From: Eledone cirrhosa
Lineage: Eukaryota
Assembly (NCBI GenBank): GCA_964016885.1
Contig: OZ024740.1
Coordinates: 39,184,001 to 39,248,000 of the forward strand
Direction of reading: 5' to 3'
DNA length: 64,000 bases
Part shown: one piece after another, positions 58,701 through 64,000 of the stretch
Layout of the letters: every line of letters begins with the position of its first letter
How positions within the stretch are numbered: position 1 is the stretch's first letter
Translations under genes and position numbers: made by a program
Notes under the pieces: generated by a model
Told to the model about the DNA's origin: nothing
What the model saw: the letters and a program-made list of their open reading frames with translations, nothing else
Database searches by the model: none

Positions 58701-61700
58701 GTAGTATTGTAACTATATAACAGTAGCATTGTAACTATATAACAGTAGTAATGTAACTATATAACAGAAGCATTGTAACTATATAGTGTAGTATTGTAAC
58801 TATATAACAGTAGTATTGTAACTATATAGTGTAGTATTGTAACTATATAACAGTAGTATTGTAACTATATAACAGTAGTATCGTAACTATATAACAGTAG
58901 TATTGTAACTATATGACAGTAGTATTGTAACTATATAACATTAGTATTGTAACTGTATATAACAGTAGTATTGTAACTATATAACAGTAGTATTGTAACT
59001 ATATAACAGTAGTATTGTAACTATATAACAGTAGTATTGTAACTATATAACAGTAGTATTGTAACTATATAACAGTAGTATTGTAACTATATAACAGTAG
59101 TATTGTAACTATATAGCAATAGTATTGTAACTATATAGCAGTAGTATTTTACTATATAGTAGTATTGTAACTATATATAACAGTAGTATAGTAACTATAT
59201 AGTGTAGTATTGTAACTATATAACAGTAGTATTGTAACTATATAACAGTAGTATTGTAACTATATAACAGTAGTATTGTAACTATATAACAGTAGTGTTG
59301 TAACTATATGACAGTAGTATTGTAACTATATGTAACAGTAGTATTGTAACTATATAGTGTAGTATTGTAACTATATAACAGTAGTATTGTAACTATATAA
59401 CAGTAGTAATGTAACTATATAGTGTAGTATTGCAACTATATAACAGTAGTATTGTAGCTATATAGTGTAGTATTGTAACTATATAACAGTAGTATTGTAA
59501 CTATATAACAGTAGTATTGTAACTATATAGTGTAGTATTGTAACTATATAACAGTAGTATTGTAACTATATAACAGTAGTATTGTAACTATATAACAGTA
59601 GTATTTTAACTATATAACAGTAGTATTGTAACTATGTAGTGTAGTATTGTAACTATATAACTGTAGTATTGTAACTATATAGCAGTAGTATTGTAACTAT
59701 ATAACAGTAGTATTGTAACTATATAACAGTAGTATTGTAACTATAAAACAGTAGTATTGTAACTATATAGCAGTAGTAATTTAACTATATAGTAGTATTG
59801 TAACTATATATAGCAGTAGTATTTTAACTATATTGTAGTATTCTAACTATATATAACAGTTGTATTGTAACTATATAACGGTAGTATTGTAACTATATAA
59901 CAGTAGTATTGTAACTATATATAACACTAGTATTGTAACTATATAACAGTAGTATTGTAACTATATAGTGTAGTATTGTAACTGTATATAACAGTAGTAT
60001 TGTAACTATATAACAGTAGTATTGTAACTATTTGTGTAGTATTGTAACTATATATAACAGTAGTATTGTAACTATATAACAGTAGTATTGTAACTATATA
60101 ACAGTAGTATTGTAACTATATAACAGTAGTAATGTAACTATATAACAGAAGCATTGTAAATATATAGTGTAGTATTGTAACTATATAAGAGTATTATTGT
60201 AACTATATAGTGTAGTATTGTAACTATATAACAGTAGTATTGTAACTATATAACAGTAGTATTGTAACTATATAACAGTAGTATTGTAACTATATAGTGT
60301 AGTATTGCAACTATATAACAGTAGTATTGTAACTATATAATGGTAGTATTGTAACTATATAACAGTAGTATTGTAACTATATAACAGTAGCATTGTAACT
60401 ATATAACAGTAGTAATGTAACTATATAACAGAAGCATTGTAACTATATAGTGTAGTATTGTAACTATATAACAGTAGTATTGTAACTATATAGTGTAGTA
60501 TTGTAACTATATAACAGTAGTATTGTAACTATATAACAGTAGTATCGTAACTATATAACAGTAGTATTGTAACTATATGACAGTAGTATTGTAACTATAT
60601 AACATTAGTATTGTAACTGTATATAACAGTAGTATTGTAACTATATAACAGTAGTATTGTAACTATATAACAGTAGTATTGTAACTATATAACAGTAGTA
60701 TTGTAACTATATAACAGTAGTATTGTAACTATATAACAGTAGTATTGTAACTATATAACAGTAGTATTGTAACTATATAGCAATAGTATTGTAACTATAT
60801 AGCAGTAGTATTTTACTATATAGTAGTATTGTAACTATATATAACAGTAGTATAGTAACTATATAGTGTAGTATTGTAACTATATAACAGTAGTATTGTA
60901 ACTATATAACAGTAGTATTGTAACTATATAACAGTAGTATTGTAACTATATAACAGTAGTGTTGTAACTATATGACAGTAGTATTGTAACTATATGTAAC
61001 AGTAGTATTGTAACTATATAGTGTAGTATTGTAACTATATAACAGTAGTATTGTAACTATATAACAGTAGTAATGTAACTATATAGTGTAGTATTGCAAC
61101 TATATAACAGTAGTATTGTAGCTATATAGTGTAGTATTGTAACTATATAACAGTAGTATTGTAACTATATAACAGTAGTATTGTAACTATATAGTGTAGT
61201 ATTGTAACTATATAACAGTAGTATTGTAACTATATAACAGTAGTATTGTAACTATATAACAGTAGTATTTTAACTATATAACAGTAGTATTGTAACTATG
61301 TAGTGTAGTATTGTAACTATATAACTGTAGTATTGTAACTATATAGCAGTAGTATTGTAACTATATAACAGTAGTATTGTAACTATATAACAGTAGTATT
61401 GTAACTATAAAACAGTAGTATTGTAACTATATAGCAGTAGTAATTTAACTATATAGTAGTATTGTAACTATATATAGCAGTAGTATTTTAACTATATTGT
61501 AGTATTCTAACTATATATAACAGTTGTATTGTAACTATATAACGGTAGTATTGTAACTATATAACAGTAGTATTGTAACTATATATAACACTAGTATTGT
61601 AACTATATAACAGTAGTATTGTAACTATATAGTGTAGTATTGTAACTGTATATAACAGTAGTATTGTAACTATATAACAGTAGTATTGTAACTATTTGTG

Positions 61701-64000
61701 TAGTATTGTAACTATATATAACAGTAGTATTGTAACTATATAACAGTAGTATTGTAACTATATAACAGTAGTATTGTAACTATATAACAGTAGTAATGTA
61801 ACTATATAACAGAAGCATTGTAAATATATAGTGTAGTATTGTAACTATATAAGAGTATTATTGTAACTATATAGTGTAGTATTGTAACTATATAACAGTA
61901 GTATTGTAACTATATAACAGTAGTATTGTAACTATATAACAGTAGTATTGTAACTATATAGTGTAGTATTGCAACTATATAACAGTAGTATTGTAACTAT
62001 ATAATGGTAGTATTGTAACTATATAACAGTAGTATTGTAACTATATAACAGTAGCATTGTAACTATATAACAGTAGTAATGTAACTATATAACAGAAGCA
62101 TTGTAACTATATAGTGTAGTATTGTAACTATATAACAGTAGTATTGTAACTATATAGTGTAGTATTGTAACTATATAACAGTAGTATTGTAACTATATAA
62201 CAGTAGTATCGTAACTATATAACAGTAGTATTGTAACTATATGACAGTAGTATTGTAACTATATAACAGTAGTATTGTAACTGTATATAACAGTAGTATT
62301 GTAACTATATAACAGTAGTATTGTAACTATATAACAGTAGTATTGTAACTATATAACAGTAGTATTGTAACTATATAACAGTAGTATTTTAATTATATAA
62401 CAGTAGTATTGTAACTATATAACGGTAGTATTGTAACTATATAACGGTAGTATTGTAACTATATATAATAGTAGTATTGTAACTATATAGTGTAGTATTG
62501 TAACTATATAGCAGTAGTATTTTACTATATAGTAGTATTGTAACTATATATAACAGTAGTATAGTAACTATATAGTGTAGTATTGTAACTATATAACAGT
62601 AGTATTGTAACTATATAACAGTAGTATTGTAACTATATAACAGTAGTATTGTAACTATATAACAGTAGTATTTTAAGTATATAACAGTAGTATTGTAACT
62701 ATATGACAGTAGTATTGTAACTATATGTAACAGTAGTATTGTAACTATATAGTGTAGTATTGTAACTATATAACAGTAGTATTGTAACTATATAACAGTA
62801 GTAATGTAACTATATAGTGTAGTATTGCAACTATATAACAGTAGTATTGTAGCTATATAGTGTAGTATTGTAACTATATAACTGTAGTATTGTAACTATA
62901 TAACAGTAGTATTGTAACTATATAGTGTAGTATTGTAACTATATAACAGTAGTATTGTAACTATATAACAGTAGTATTGTAACTATATAACAGTAGTATT
63001 TTAACTATATAACAGTAGTATTGTAACTATGTAGTGTAGTATTGTAACTATATAACTGTAGTATTGTAACTATATAGAAGTAGTATTGTAACTATATAAC
63101 AGTAGTATTGTAACTATATAACAGTAGTATTGTAACTATAAAACAGTAGTATTGTAACTATATAGCAGTAGTAATTTAACTATATAGTAGTATTGTAACT
63201 ATATATAGCAGTAGTATTTTAACTATATTGTAGTATTCTAACTATATATAACAGTTGTATTGTAACTATATAACAGTAGTATTGTAACTATATAACAGTA
63301 GTATTGTAACTATATATAACACTAGTATTGTAACTATATAACAGTAGTATTGTAACTATATAGTGTAGTATTGTAACTGTATATAACAGCAGTATTGTAA
63401 CTATATAACAATAGTATTGTAACTATTTGTGTAGTATTGTAACTATATATAACAGTAGTATTGTAACTATATAACAGTAGTATTGTAACTATATAACAGT
63501 AGTATTGTAACTATATAACAGTAGTAATGTAACTATATAACAGAAGCATTGTAAATATATAGTGTAGTATTGTAACTATATAAGAGTAGTATTGTAACTA
63601 TATAGTGTAGTATTGTAACTATATAACAGTAGTATTGTAACTATATAACAGTAGTATTGTAACTATATAACAGTAGTAATGTAACTATATCACAGTAGTA
63701 ATGTAACTATATAGTGTAGTATTGCAACTATATAACAGTAGTATTGTAGCTATATAGTGTAGTATTGTAACTATATAACAGTAGTATTGTAACTATATAA
63801 CAGTAGTATTGTAACTATATAGTGTAGTATTGTAACTATATAACAGTAATATTGTAACTATATAACAGTAGTATTGTAACTATATAAGAGTAGTATTGTA
63901 ACTATATATAACAGTAGTAATGTAACTATATAGTGTAGTATTGTAACTATATAACAGTAGTATTGTAACTATATAGTGTAGTATTGCAACTATATAACAG
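52798..64000 (+). repeat. 22-bp satellite array, right block (continues beyond window end)
   Basis: Forward monomers, continuous. Confidence 0.98.
56930..62268 (+). repeat. Higher-order tandem repeat, 1664-bp unit, ~3.2 near-identical copies
   Basis: Variants recur at +1664: AACATTAG 57273/58937/60601, GTGTTG 57631/59295/60959, AAGAGTATTA 58523/60187/61851. Confidence 0.9.

Noticed and set aside
1-64000. CRISPR array interpretation of the short regular repeats
   Set aside because: Monomers are head-to-tail with no unique spacers, no cas genes, and the embedded elements are eukaryotic retroposons.

Overview
This is eukaryotic heterochromatin-type DNA with no host genes. About 93% of the window is an AT-rich tandem satellite with a 22-bp monomer (AACAGTAGTATTGTAACTATAT; recurring 21-bp AGTG and 24-bp extra-TA variants), arranged in kb-scale higher-order duplications (offsets 3215, 3002, 1664 and 7382 bp measured from diagnostic variants). 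It is interrupted by (i) two 5'-truncated RTE-type non-LTR retrotransposons on the minus strand, 46 bp apart, each with an uninterrupted RT frame, a PHD-like C4HC3 finger inside the RT region and a (GAT)n tail; (ii) a ~2.2-kb block of the satellite in inverted orientation; (iii) a 126-bp 5'-truncated tRNA-derived SINE with a 13-bp target-site duplication. The most notable pattern is that nearly all junctions of these separate events fall at or within 1-2 nt of the same bond of the monomer, AGTATT^GTAAC. The LINE 3' end and the SINE resemble octopus/cephalopod repeats as I recall them; this is not verified by any search.
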